A stretch of DNA of 62,584 nt, the filler included, from Platydemus manokwari (lineage: Eukaryota), in the NCBI GenBank assembly GCA_037951405.1. It is 6 parts of 6 records of this genome, joined end to end, with 100 filler letters (N's around TTAATTAATTAA, not from the genome) between each part and the next. Parts side by side here need not be neighbours in the genome. Positions count along the whole stretch, not along the records: positions 24,620 to 34,441 come from JBBMOY011200544.1; positions 34,542 to 43,381 come from JBBMOY011341204.1; 4 more parts are not named here. One strand, given 5' to 3'. Position numbers and translations under genes: made by a program. How positions within the stretch are numbered: position 1 is the stretch's first letter; the number at the start of each line of letters is the position of its first letter. A model generated the notes under the pieces. It did no database searches. It was not told where the DNA came from and was given only the letters and a program-made list of their open reading frames with translations. Below are positions 24,620-38,500 of this stretch, one piece after another.

Positions 24620-25963
24620 TTTGATCCGTTCCTCAAATAATCAAATTTTAGTAAATTTTGAAGCTCTAATTGACTTAATATTTCATTTGAAATAACTAAA
24701 ATTCTTTCTAAATACTTAAACAAAAAATTCAAAATGTTTCGAAAGAATATAATTAAATATACTAAATAGATTTTTGCAATGCACTCAACAAATTAAAAAT
24801 TTTATTTTAGGACTCCTTTTCTTAACTTTGACAGACAAATCAAACTTGACATCTCAACAGTCGAATCCAGTAATTATCAAACTTGTATATAAATTTATAA
24901 TTTATAAAATGTGTTCATCATGATATTTGTTTTCAAAAATATATCAATTTTAAAATATCAAAACTCTCGGTGAAGATAATAAAGGCGACAATTAATTAGG
25001 AAATAATTTTACTGAACATTAAAGGCGTTCAGACACAAATTTATTCACTACAAAAACAATCGTTGGATTTCTTTCCATCTGGACATGTTGTAAAAGGTTC
25101 TGCAACTTCCTATGGCTTTTCACAGCCACAGTTTCATTTGAAATACCATGAACATTAACTCATTTATTTTCAATTCGTTTCTAACCCAAGTCCAAACATA
25201 TTTTTTCTAATTGTTTTCTCGAACAATCAATAGTACCACATCTTCCGATTACTCCCAATCGAATTTGTATTTTGTCCTACCCATTAATAATTAGAATATA
25301 AACAATCTACCTTTGTGTCGTGTAAAAATGTACATTTATAGGCATAGCTCTGAGTGATACGTGATGGTTCATCATTCAATTTCTACATCAAATATTATCG
25401 TCACGTTCATATATGGTTTATAAATGAAGAAATATTTATCAATATTATCATTAACATACCAATGCCATCATATTTTGAGCAGGGGGTTGACACGCTACAT
25501 TTCATTGCGATAAGTCACGTCGATATTTGTTATAAACATCAATCAATTGTTGTCGTTGTGTGGGAATGACATGACAATTGTATAATGAAAGGAAAAAAAA
25601 TAACACCCAACATTATTATTAGATAATATTTTAGGATTGAAGGATTCATTTTAATAGATTGGATTTATGATATTGGTTTCACAATCAATATAAATAGTTT
25701 TTATTCCTCACAATGTCTCATTGATAAAATTTCAAAATAGATAATCTCGTTCTCATAACGTTTTTAATTACAATTTTTCTTCCATGATACAATTATCTTG
25801 TCACCGCCTCACAGCGACAACAAGCGATTGATGTATCATAACATTTATCATGCTAGTTATCTACACAAATATTTTTGTAGGATTTTATCGTTTAATTAAA
25901 CAAAATATTCTATTTTAAATATTTTCATCAGGTTTTTTTTAGAACCTTTAAATTGGAATATAC

Positions 25964-25964
<1 letters not shown>

Positions 25965-25997
<33 letters not shown>

Positions 25998-26003
25998 CAT
26001 ATA
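25965..26003. repeat. Compound (CA)n(TA)n microsatellite
   Basis: Seen directly. Confidence 0.9.
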
Positions 26004-26219
26004 TGATGACACTAATATTTTCAAAAACTGCAGAAGAACACTATAAAATTTTAGAAGAAAAACACGATGAATAGAAAACGCTGGATTATGGGTAAACCAA
26101 AAAAGTGTTATATTGAAAAAAGAGTTTAAGATTCTCGGACACATACTAAATAAGAAGGTATTAAAATAGATTCAAAAAAATTGACCTAATTGTTATGTAT
26201 CGAGATCCACATTCAATGA

Positions 26220-26540
26220 TCTCCAGTGTATGCAAGATTCCAGGCTTTTTACCCCTAGACCTCCATTATTTTTCTGCTCCTCACAGTCCCTAGCTAAAAA
26301 GCTTACTTCACTGCTGCCATGCCTTATGAGTCCTTCCTCTTTGTAATTCTCTTTTTGTGGTAGCCCATGTTTCTTGGTTGCTGTCGTGTATTTTACCTAT
26401 TCTGTTTAGTCATTACTCTTTTTCCATTTTTAATGTGAGCTAACAGTCATGAGTATCATTTCATCCTCCACCGTTTCGCTAATTTGCTTATTGTTAATTC
26501 TTTTGAGTCTCCTGAGTTTTTGTATTTTGGCTCCCAAATA
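26220..26540 (-). mobile_element. Degenerate RTE-type LINE 3' end
   Basis: Minus strand reads TWATTKRELQRGRTHKAWQ, like the RTE C-terminal WxPxxKRxRGRPxxTW. Confidence 0.35.
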
Positions 26541-29500
26541 CCAATAAATGTGATTTATTCCAAAAATAAAATGGGACAACTAAAGTTAGGAAATGAATGT
26601 CAAAATTGCTCGACCAATAAATAGATTTAAAATGATGAAATCATAGTTAATGTGATTCAGAATCATTGATGTTGAAAGATGATGTTACCATGAGAATCCA
26701 TAGAGATTCAAAGAATATTTACGAGTTCTTATCAATATAACAGGAATGAATTATCTTAACGACAATTCATATCGATAAAGAACACTATAAAAGAAAGACA
26801 ACAAACAAAATGGATTTTAATACTTCCAGATATTTGAATGTGGGTTGAATGCTATTTACTTGTATTCGAGAGAAAAATAAACGTCAAAGACTTATTCCTA
26901 TAGTAAAGTTGAAATGGGAAGAAATGAAACGAAACATTGAGAGGAAACAAAAGAGAAATGGTGAAAAAATCAAAATGTAAATTAAAGATATTGGACAGAA
27001 TATTGTTGTTAGTACCGATTTTGAATCACCAAGTTTATAAATGGAATGCAGTCTACAGATGGATTTTTTTGAAAATCACCCAATGAAAGCAGGAGTAAGA
27101 CTTAGGATCTCGAAATGTGGTTAATTTATTTTGACCTTGAAAATGTAGAATAATAAATTAAAATTAAAAAGGCAATTTAAACAGCACCATCAATACATGG
27201 GGAAGATTTAAGCCAGTAATAAATGTCAGAGGCAATATTCAAGTCACTTAATTGAGAATCAACTCTATTATTCGACAGTCAAGATTATATGATTTGTCTT
27301 TATTTTAATTTTCAGCTTAATCTTCATTTGTCATAGATTAATACAGCCTAAAGGGGAAGATTTTTGTAATAAATTCTTGTTTCACTATTTTCCCCCCAAA
27401 AATCATGTTTGTCGAAACTTGATTATCGATGAAATACCAGCAATGCCGCCAATTCAACCATTGAGATGAAAGTAATTGGGCTCCAAACTTTGATACAACT
27501 TTTCATTCTGTATATCTAAACAAAAATAAACCTCATTAACTCTTTCAATTTCAAAGTGACTTTCTTCGCAAAAGAATCAAAGGAAAATTTATCAACCAAA
27601 AAAATCGGTGCGGAATTTTATGAATATGTTTTAAATCATGATTTTCCATGAAATGATTCTAGTATTTGGATTTATAGATTTTAATTAAATAATGGAATTA
27701 TCCGTTAACGGACCATTGTAAATGAACATTTTTCTGTTTCCTCAAATCCATTAGGTGATTAAATTGAATATTCTCGTTTAAATTTATGACCGACTAATAT
27801 AAATTAAGACTATGACGAATATTTTTGTTTGTGATTATTAGATGAACAATTCCAGAGCTACTCGATGAAACTTACCCAAACATTATTAACTTATTGAGAT
27901 TGGTGAAAGTTGATTTTTATCGACATAATATTGAGATTATAATGAAAGTAAATTGTGGGTAATTATGGAAAAGAATGCCATTAAAAAGCCTTTGATCAAG
28001 TTTTGAGATACTCAAATTTATGGAACAATATCAATTTTAATGATTGATATTAATGATAATTTTGTCCATATAACTTTAACTCGACAAGTGCTTATATGCA
28101 GTTTATTCATTAAATTATTAGTCTGGATTTTTAAAAGATATAAAACAAACGAAATATTGCAATACTTAAGAAATTCGGTCATATGTTATTAAGAGAACTT
28201 TAAGAAATTATTTATTGTTTGCTTAAGTAAAAATAATAAATTAATAGCTAGTACTAACTTCAAAATAAAACTAAATTAAATTAATTTTCTTAAGGATTTT
28301 AATTAATTTTCAAGGATTTTTCAAACTTGTTTTAAATTTTTTATTTTCCGACATTTTTTTTAAATGTCTTTAGTTAATAATTTAAAACAAATCTAATATT
28401 TATTTTTAATTTATATTAAAAAATATAAATATGTATTAATTAGTAACAACATTATCTGTAAAATAGATTAATAACTTTTTTCTTGTGTTTCTTAAAATTA
28501 TTAAGCATTTTCATCTTCATATAATTTAATACATTAGAATATATAGACACGCAAATTCAGAATTTTCAATTCAGGTTTGAAATGTACACAGGGTGTGGTT
28601 TTAAAACTTTTTGACAGTTGCTTTTGTGTTCTGTCATACGAAAATTTCTTTCAAACAAACTTTCAATCTAAAGATATATGATTAAGATATATTGCGTGGA
28701 AGCAAAATACATCTTTTACAATCAACTACTTCGTTTCTTTCATTTTTCATTATAAAAGCAGTCAATTTTATAACGGAAGTGAAACCCAGCAAAAAATTAA
28801 TGATGGTCGAATTTAATCTGCGTTAAAATTTTTCTTTCGCATTAATATTTTATGGAAAAAATTTATGTTTTATGTTCTGCATTTTTTCTATAGAAATAGA
28901 CCGCCTTGGATATTTCTTCTAAGATGGAATTAATAATTTAACGATTTCTTAACGTTTTTAAATACACAAAATACATGAATAAAATCAAAAAGTGGTACTT
29001 TATTCACAATTGCTTGTTCACATAATGAATTAGATTGGAAAAGTTTGATAACTTAAATTCATCTCAATCAAATACCTATCACAACTGACTCACGAATCAC
29101 ACCTCATTGAAAAATATTGACATGCTCATTTGCATTATTGTTGACGTGAAATAAAAAAATATTTAAATAAATATACAAGTACATTATTTTGAATAAACCC
29201 CATTTTAGACATAAACTAAATACGTTACCATTTAGATAAAGATTCGAAATTCTAAGTTAATTACAAGTTCATGGTATAATAAATTACCAAAACAAGAACT
29301 TGTTGGTTTTAAATTAAAATAAATAAATCAACTGTGAAAAACAATCGATAACAATGAAGTGCTGATTCAATTACTATATGAAACAATTTAAACAGGTACA
29401 GTATTTAAATTAGATGAACTCAACACATTAATTATACACATAGCTGTAAACCAAATTCCTTCATCAAAAGAAGAATTCGAATTTAGCAAAACTGATCAAT

Positions 29501-29959
29501 TATAGTGAAAGAAATCAATAAACTGTCTGCTTCTAATTCAGTATCAGCATTATTATTTATTCTACAAGAATACTAATTATTCAAAATTTGCAGCCACTAT
29601 ATTGGAATTAATACTGTATAAAAACAAATTTAATTCTACACCAACCAGTATTAAATTTAATTCTTTCGTAAAGTAATTATTGTTTTGCATAATAATAAAG
29701 AATTTTTAAACTAATACTTTTGGTAATTTTGAATTTAATTTTTTAAATAATTCTTTAAATATTTAATAAAATTCATTACTACAAATATTTATTCATAAAC
29801 ATTGATAATCGAGATTCCAATCCATTAAGATATGATATGAACATAGTTTTCTCCTTCGATTGTTCCGTAAATCATAGTTCGCTAGTTCAATCATAAAATA
29901 AATTCAACGTTTCACTTGATGTCCTCTTCCCCTATTTTTAAAGCTTCTTTTGTTGCTAT

Positions 29960-31560
29960 TGTTTTCCCAAGCAGATCCTCATAGCGGAACCAGATAGCTC
30001 GCATTTATATTCGACTTTATGCAAGCAAGAGTTATTTTATTTATCATTTTGTTATCCATCTCTAGTTTCTTTAGGAATGTATCATTAGCCTGTGTTTACC
30101 AAGTTCCGAAAATAAAGCTGAACATTTCCAGAGTCTGGGAAGGCAGCTTTTTTATCGCATTTTGGAGGTCTTTTCTATATTTTTTGAAGATGTTTCCACC
30201 GTTAAAGCGGGTTTGTCTATGAAGCATTTTATTATATCGTGGATTTTCGATCATTTATTAGTTGAAAGTCCACCAGTAGTTTTGGATTCTAAAAATTGGC
30301 ATTCTTTCCCTAAAAAGACTCTGTAATTCGTGTTGTTGACAATTTTTTTGGTCAATATATCAATGATTATGCCGTGCTAATAGAATACAAAAGAGTGAGA
30401 TGGTTTGCAGCAGGTGAAAACTTGTGTTTGTGATTCCACTTCATATAAGCATATTCTGCGTCTATCCTCATGTACTTTTTATTCAGAGTGGAAAAGTTGT
30501 CTGTCCGTGAGTATTGAATAAATCAGAATTCAGTAATAGTTAAGTGCCCATTAAAAACTACTTTTGACCACATAAGACTAATAACTCCTGAGCAGATGTT
30601 ATAGCATTCATTTCTGCTTTGATTAGTCCAGTTTAATTGGAGTGATTGCATAAAACATCGTATCAGCAGTTTTGGTGTTTATTTTATTTTTTTTGGTCCC
30701 ACCATGAAGCAGTGGGAACCATTGATTGTAAAGCTTTGTTGAAATTTAAGTATTATCTCACCATATATAAGAACAAAACAAACTGTGGTACATATTTTCT
30801 TGAAAGCATTTTAATGCTCTTTATTATTTTGCCCCACTGCTTTACTCCTTTCATTTAGTAGAATATGCGAATTGACCCATTCTAATGCTGCCTAGATTGC
30901 CGCAACTTGGGCATTTATTTCATCGCTTTTGCATAATTAGTTTATGGTCGTCATTCTAATCATTTGATGTTCGATCGTTAATATGTGATACGAGGGGAAT
31001 CAATTGTTTTGTATACTCTTTCATCATGTTCCATACTCCACAACCACCATTGGACTTCGTTGAGTAGAGGTAATCCAATGAGTAAAATTTCAGTAAGCCA
31101 AGGATTTTTTAAAGGCATTTTCTGATCATCACATCGGTTTGTAGTAGTCTACTATAAGCGATATGATAACTTCTAATATGGAAGGTTATTTTGGTATGCA
31201 CAAGCCCTTAGCTTCTGCCATGGTAGTAAAATGTATTTTTCCAATTTAATCATCAGTTTCTATGTTGGTGAATAGTCATTCAATTGTATTATGTAACTTC
31301 CAACAGAAGTTCAGTCCTAGGTAGGGATACTGCTCTTTTAGACTGATTGTGGGTATTTTCTACGTATATACCATGAGTTCCTTCACGTTAGTACTTGCTC
31401 TTAGATTATGTAAGTACCTACATTTTGAAGGTTTGAACTTGAAACCAAGTTGGAACCCGAGAAATGATGCTCCATTGATCATCATTTAAAGTTAATTTTT
31501 GTATTTCGCAACAATCACTGTCATCTGCATAGGCGAGACATGAAATTCAATTATTTATAA
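29960..31560 (-). mobile_element. 5'-truncated degenerate non-LTR retrotransposon, R2/NeSL (restriction-like endonuclease) group
   Basis: Motifs in order: ISCLAYADD (~31521-31547), LGFKFKPSKC, EQYPYLGL, a degenerate CCHC region (RICLYEVESQTQVFTCCK) and a C-terminal FIFGTW*TQANDTFLKKL...LACIKSNI. Many stops and frameshifts. Confidence 0.75.
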
Positions 31561-33643
31561 TTATCTTGCTTCCAGCAAGACAGCTGTACATTTGTAGGAA
31601 GATTTGATTGATAGCTATGTTGAATAAAAGAAGTTAAAAATATAAACACATCAAGTTCATTGTTATGGATATTTTTTATGCAATTTTGAAATTGTATATT
31701 TATAATAATACAGTATAATCTAATATTAGGGATTACCATGACACCAACACGACTGCCATAATATTAATAAATTGATATAAACAATAAAGTGAGAAAATTA
31801 ATAAAGTTGATTAATACGTAACAAATTCCACCCGAAAATTATTTTAAAAAATAAAACTAAAAATATATAAAATAATAATAATAATTATAAATTAGTAAAT
31901 ATGGAATTTCGATGATTTTTAAAAATGAGGTTTCTATATTTGGTGATAATTAGTCATCAAGGCAAAACAGAAGAGTATAAAAGCACAGCCGTTTGGCAGT
32001 AAGGCGCACAATATTTCTTCGAAAAAAACTTCTATCGTCAAAGGAAAATTTAACAAGAATTTCCTTATGAGTTTAGAAGAGTTTTAGTCTTTGAATAAAT
32101 TTTCGTCTGTAATATTAACCATTTTGGTGATAGGCATTTTATTTTGATCAAACCTATCATCAGACAAGGTCTCAAGTAGTCGTTTCACTCTAAGTAATAA
32201 AATTGTGTTGCACCCTAAACACGTTCAGCGCCTTTCTGTAAATAATCAGTTATCTTATTTTTCTCCAATTTTCTGTATCAGTTATACGGTTTACCCGTCC
32301 ATATTGATTAGGTAACTCACGGCTTCTACGATTGGATCAAATTGTATTGATATATTTTAATCCATTTCAATATCAGTTTATAAATAATTCCTATTGACCG
32401 ATTATTATTTTATTTATTCATTATATTATTTTAATTGTTACTATCACTCCATTTAAACCTTGTCTGTTATATTAAAAGCTGGCACAATCATAGATAAAAT
32501 TTATTAACCGTTAACATTTAATACTATTTTCATGCAAATTATTTTACTCCAATTTAATAATCAAATATTGTGTTATTTAAAAGTAGAAGTTCTAAAAAAG
32601 TGCTGGAAGAGAAATTTTCAAATCACTTAAAATTAAAATTTCTATCACAAAGTAAGAAGCACTGAAAGAAGTCATGATCTTTCAAGATACAACTAATCGA
32701 TTAATGAAACTTGACCGGTGAAGGAAAAATCTATTTAGAAAAGGCACCTTTTAGAATGATTTAATAAATGGTTTCTGATTTAAGTTGTTATTGAGAATTT
32801 TGGATCATACCCAAATTTATAATTTTATCCTGCTTTTTATAATAAATAATCTTTCATTTACGTTATCTTGTCGATTTAAGTTGATTTTGTAAGACAATTT
32901 ATTTCAATAGTGAGATATATTGATCGATTAATTAAACTGTAAAACAATAAAGAAATAGCTTTAAAAATATCAAATAAAAATTTGATTTTTTCTTTTTAGA
33001 GAAATAACCTGCTCATCACTTTCGATATCTCCGCCACCGATTTAAGATGAATTTACTGTAGCGCTTTTGAATACGATGATAGTTAATTCAGTCAATGAGA
33101 TTTTTGAACCATATTGATAAAAAGGTTTATTGATAAGTTCCCCATCACAATATTCTTCTAATTACTGTTGAAAAATAGAACAGTAATTGTGAGGAAATTT
33201 CAAATTAACTAATAATAATTTTAAATAAAAATTTTAATAATTTTTTTTTAATTACGATTTAAAATAATTTAATAATTTTTGGAATTTAATATTTAATATT
33301 TTGAAATTTATATTGAATTGTTTAAAATAAAATAATTAAATGATTTAAATATTTTATCTATACCTGATTAAGATTGACAATGAAACCTCTCAAGAGAAGC
33401 AATTTTAATTTGTTTGAAAATTTTTATTATTTGTTGGCATTAAATAAATATCAAGAAAATCGTAATAATGAGTTTTTTTGTTGTAATTTTTAATTAATGA
33501 TTATCAATGATATCGATAGTGATCGATTGCTTGTCATATATCACTACTCATTCTAATAGGCTTAACAAGATAACACAACATAATTAAATAAATATATTTA
33601 AATTTAAACAACCGAATAATTAATTTCACTATAACGGCATTAT

Positions 33644-34299
33644 TTATTTTTCCAAATTTTGTAATGTTTCCACCCTGACACGTGATTTCGGTCTCCATGC
33701 GATATATTTGTATTTTTCTTTAATTAATTCTTCATCACTTAACATCCAAACATCTATATCAGGACTAACTGTCGATATGTGATGGTTTTCGGTGTATCCA
33801 AGCGTTCGACGATATGTCTAAATTATTAATTATCTATAACGAAATTATTTTCTTAAATTGTTCTAAATAAATGATTAAAATGATTTACAAATTTAATTTT
33901 AATCGAACTGTTATCACATGATTAGAACATACTTGGTTGGAGAAAGAACAAAATTTATTACTACCTCCAACAACGAGAAGAAAATCCGAATTTATTTTTA
34001 CTTTCTCTGGAATTGTTGGCATATATATCAATACAAATTTTTCTTTATTTTTATCATACGATAAAGCTTTTTTTTCTTTTGCATTTAATAATATCGAATA
34101 TTTGGTGGTACTCTCTTCTGAAACATAACTAATTTCTTCTAAATAATGCTCATTATTTTCCTCTTGGGCAGTAGGTCCCTCTACAAGTCTTTCCAAAGAT
34201 ATTTGATTTTCTTTGATCTTTAAAACAAACGCATGATTATTATATGTTGAGTAAAATGCTTTGCTATGAGTCTTTTTAAACACTTCTGAATGACGGTGT
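33644..34299 (-). CDS. Last two exons (33933-34299, 33644-33817) of an unknown protein, possibly an FGF/IL-1-like beta-trefoil
   Basis: Acceptor ttttcgcag at 34300, donor caa|gtatgt at 33932, acceptor tttag at 33818. The in-frame join reads FCSFSNQ|TYRRTLGYTENHHIS...QNLEK*. The upstream exon is probably lost at the spacer. Confidence 0.6.
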
Positions 34300-34441
34300 C
34301 TGCGAAAACAAAAAAACATGGCAGCGAATGTTGATTAAAATGAGATATAATGTGATGACATTATTATTATACCAGGTTGAGTCAAAAGTTATTCATGTTT
34401 TTATGCAGGTATTTTATTAACACAAATTGTTATAACGCTGA

Positions 34442-34541
34442 NNNNNNNNNNNNNNNNNNNNNNNNNNNNNNNNNNNNNNNNNNNNTTAATTAATTAANNN
34501 NNNNNNNNNNNNNNNNNNNNNNNNNNNNNNNNNNNNNNNNN
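34442..34541. other. Artificial spacer
   Basis: N44-TTAATTAATTAA-N44. Confidence 0.95.
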
Positions 34542-35398
34542 AATAAATAAATAATAAAATTAATTAGGATGAAGAATTGAATAAATAATAATTAATAGGA
34601 ATCGGATTATAACAAATAATAATAATAAATAATAAAAGATAGATAAAAGCAAAATAATAAACAAAATAAAAGTAATTATTAAGTACATTGAAGTCATTAA
34701 TTATTTACACGAAACGTGTGAAAAATTCGTTAAAAAATGATCGGCATGAAAAGCCGTATAGGTGGGTGGACGCGATCAGCAAGTATAAATAACGGCGCTG
34801 ATCATAGTGCCACCACCCACCAACTGATCGCTGAGATATTGTAAATTCGTCAAACAAACCACAATTATCAATTATCATTTCGATAGTCAGTGCGAAGAGC
34901 CATTATCTTACCGGAAAAAAATGATCGCAGTTAAGCAACGAAGATCTAGAAAACAGTCGAAGGTGAAGTATAATCCAAGCATATCTGATTTGGGATTATT
35001 TTTGTTGTATCGTATAGTCGTCGAGAAAACGTTCACCAGAAGATTCACGAGAGTACAGCAGAAACTATCTCCACATTTTCGAAATCAGTGCCACAGCGGA
35101 CGAAATCAGTAAGATATATATTTTTCGTATTGACTATTACTCATAAATCTCATAAGCTCTAATTTTTATGATAATAATAATAATAATTAAGATTGTCGTA
35201 AATTTCTCTGCATCTTTTTCAATTTTCCATCCAACACCGGATTTCTCGTTAATCGCTGAGGCGAGGTACGAGGTATTGACTCCAAACATTGTTGTTCATT
35301 TGTTTAATTAATTAATTGTTATCCGTTTTACGTAAATACATATTTGATAACCCACAGTTTGTTGTTAATTATAAATAATAATTGTGAATCTCGAAACA
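34542..35398 (+). mobile_element. Solo-LTR-like element with TATA-exon-intron layout
   Basis: AT-rich U3-like start, gtataaat near 34783, a GC-richer segment, donor ca|gtaaga near 35109, ends ...gaaaca near 35398. Confidence 0.35.
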
Positions 35399-35599
35399 TC
35401 ATCTACTTTTCTTTAGGCCCAGAGAGCCAAGGTATTCTCTGTGCTTCAGCTTAATATATCAAATTTATTTTCCAACATCTTGGTCCTCAATACCAGGTGT
35501 TGAAGCCCCCATAGGATCAGTACCTTTAGAGTGAAGCGCCAAATAATTAAATAAATCAATAACATTATCTAAAATCATTCTACCAACCAACCAACAACC

Positions 35600-35800
35600 C
35601 CAAAACAATCAACATTTTATTAAATGTTTGGATCTTGGAACCTTCACAAAGTGCTATGGAATATTGGACTCGACAAGAAGCAAATCACGTTGATTACTGA
35701 CAACCTTATAACCGCATTATTTAGAGATGCCTATGCGACTTACAATGCTCATACAGACTAAAGAAAACCAAAAAATGTCTCTTAATTTATTTATTTATAA
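35600..35800 (+). mobile_element. 3' terminal fragment of a REL-type (R2/NeSL-like) non-LTR element
   Basis: FGSWNLHKVLWNIGLDKKQITLITDNLITALFRDAYATYNAHTD* (35627-35761) resembles the C-terminus of REL endonucleases. Confidence 0.45.
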
Positions 35801-36867
35801 CTCACCGAGACTGGCTAGTCAAAACTAAAGGACAATAATAAAGTCATTCGGCAATGTTACAAAGTAAATGAAAACTTCATTTGGAGAAATATCAAATCAG
35901 AATATCAGATACATTTATCCTTTAAATACAATTTGAGAATCTCCCTGATGACTTGTGCCACCGTGTCGAGAATATTTTTATGTTTCATGTATAATAAATT
36001 TAGGTTTTTGTCTCATTTAATTTAAAGAATCATCTCATATTTGTGTTTTATAATTCTTGTTGTGATTTAATCGTGACAATGAATAAATAAGTTAATAAAG
36101 TTATATCTCGAATAAAAATAGTGATTATAAATTACAGTATATTGATTTTGAGAGCATTCTAAGAGGCAGAGAGAAATACTAATGTTGTTCATATAAAAAA
36201 TAGATGTTAACATCACAGTACATTACATCTGAAGCATATAATTGTACTCGAAACTGATAGTAAGATGACAATTAAACTTAATAATAAAAACCAATAGACC
36301 CAAAAGTAACACTTTTATAAATAGTTGATATAATTATTACTTTGTGAGTAATGACGTAAAGAAAACAATAATTTCATAGAAAAATTCCTCCACCTGTATC
36401 AAGTACATCAAATATCCAATCTGCTGTGATGATATTTCCATGGATTAATAAATCTCAAATAATTAACTACAATCACTGAAAAATACAACTAGTTACCTAT
36501 CGGAAACTTTAAAAAATTCACTCAAATAAGTAAGGTTCCGATAACAGATCTCCGTTTCATAGATATTAATAAACATCAAAAATTTTACTTTCGTAACATA
36601 ATTATCATTTATGCAGCGATAAACCTTAGATGTGACAAAACATGCGTCCATAAGGCGAGCATCATTTTCTGCTACCAAGAACATCAAGACATACATTTTT
36701 AAAGACCCAATTATAAGACGTCACGCGATTTCTCGAAAAAAAACCATTATCGATTTTAACATTTCAAAAATCACGCACACCGCCACACTTGCGATAACCA
36801 ATCAAAAATGAAATCCAAAAATGACCAAAAAAACCCATAAAAAATTAAAAACTGACAAATATATTAT

Positions 36868-38500
36868 CTAGTTCATCTCTGAAGCTTTTCTTTTGAATTT
36901 ATTCTTTTCTTTCTTTTCACGATTTTTCTTCTTTCTCAATTCCAATTCCTGTTCTTCTTTGATGGCTTTCTTGACTTCATTCGACAACTGTTTCACTTCA
37001 TCTTTCAAATCAACGAACTGATCTCGTGCCAAACCGACTTTCTGGATGGAAATGCGCAAATCTTTCTCAATCTGAAGCAGATTCGTCACGGTGTACGGTG
37101 TGACGAGATTGATTGCCAAACCAGCACGACCAGCACGAGCCGTTCGACCGACACGATGTTGATAATCTTTCGACGATTCGGGCACGTTAAAATTGATGAC
37201 CAATCCGACATTGGGAATGTCCAGACCACGACTGGCAACGTCTGTAGCAACGAGCACGGAAACTTTGCCCGAAGCAAACTTGTCCAATGCCTGCTGTCTG
37301 TCACATCTGGCCATGTCACTCTGGAGCATGACAATCGAAATGTCCAGCTGTTTCAACACGCCGTACAAGATTTTCGAATCCTTTTTCGTTTCCGTGAACA
37401 CGATAGCACTCGACAATTCGTCACCATCCTGAAGAGACAAATGTTTTTTCAGACCCATTAAACACAATACAAAGCTCTACGTACGGAATTACTTGACATA
37501 TTCTGCAATTTCCATACAAGAAACAATATTTTCTCATCATCATCATGAAGGAAAACGAATTCCTGGGTTAATTTCTCAACGGTTTGATGTTTTCGAGAAA
37601 CTTCAACCCGGAGTGGGTTTTTCAAACAAACCGTTTCCAATTTTTCCAACTAAATGAAATAATATTTTCGTGTTATAAATTTAATAATTATTTCCAAAAT
37701 ATAATCAATTATAATCACTACATTTTTTAAGCAAGACACTTCAATAATTGGGTATTATTTTAACGAAATGACAAAAATAATAACCTTATTTGTCATTGTG
37801 GCCGAAAACAAACACGTTTGTCGAACTTGTGGTAAAGCAGAAACAATCTTTTCCAAATCCGAAACAAAATCATCACCCAACATTCGATCGGCTTCGTCCA
37901 AAATTAAATATTTCAGATGTGTAAAGTTCAATAATTTAGCTTCTTTTACATGAAGAACAACTCGACCAGGTGTACCTTGAATAAAGTATTTTAAATCCAT
38001 TTGTTTACTTCATTTCTTTTACCTATTATTATATGATAACGATTCGCTTTAAGAAGTTTTATTTGATCTTCAACAAATTCACCACCAACTAATGTAATCA
38101 CTTTAAGTCCATCTGCTTCGCCTAATTTCATAAATTCATTTTTAATCTGTATGGCTAATTCGTGGGTTGGTGTTAAAATTAAAGCGAAGTTACGTTTCGG
38201 TTGAATAAAAAGTTTCTATTAATTGATAATCATTTATAATTGAATGGGATGGAATACTTGAATAATAGGCAAAGCAAAAGCACCGGTTTTACCAGAACCT
38301 GTTTCAGCTAGAGCTATGACATCATTCCCTTTTAACATTAACGGAATAACTTTTCTTTGAATTTCTGTGGGTTCTTTCCAACCAATATCACCACATTTCT
38401 CTGATAAGTCCTTGTCTACGCCCTTCAGTTTAAGTGTTATAATTAAAAATGATCACAAGTCTAAGCATACTAATATTTGAAATTTATTACCACCGAACAT
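36868..38500 (-). CDS. DDX47: DEAD-box RNA helicase DDX47/RRP3-like, 6 exons: 38471-38500, 38258-38422, 38023-38215, 37785-37975, 37485-37649, 36868-37428
   Basis: [93 protein letters not shown] and a basic tail. Introns are GT-AG and in phase. Confidence 0.85.

Noticed and set aside
26560-29760. Coding-like stretches
   Set aside because: Stops in all frames and no motif I can assign. Probably old transposon debris.
32125-32165. Minus-strand CTGATGA with a gatagg/cctatc stem as a hammerhead
   Set aside because: GAAA is missing after stem II.
35944-35972. Hammerhead ribozyme (CTGATGA...GTCGAGAA)
   Set aside because: No GAAA core and no convincing stems.
36426-36479. C/D-box snoRNA-like GTGATGA...CTGA (also near 40515-40564)
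   Set aside because: Short, with no terminal stem and no recognisable rRNA guide. Expected by chance.
36493-36696. 67-aa ORF downstream of DDX47 with a CpG-rich upstream region
   Set aside because: No domain and no consistent exon chain.
37086-37461. Alternative-frame and antisense ORFs over DDX47 (and similar ones over NEDD1, TEKT1 and the PAN exon)
   Set aside because: Shadows of real coding exons.
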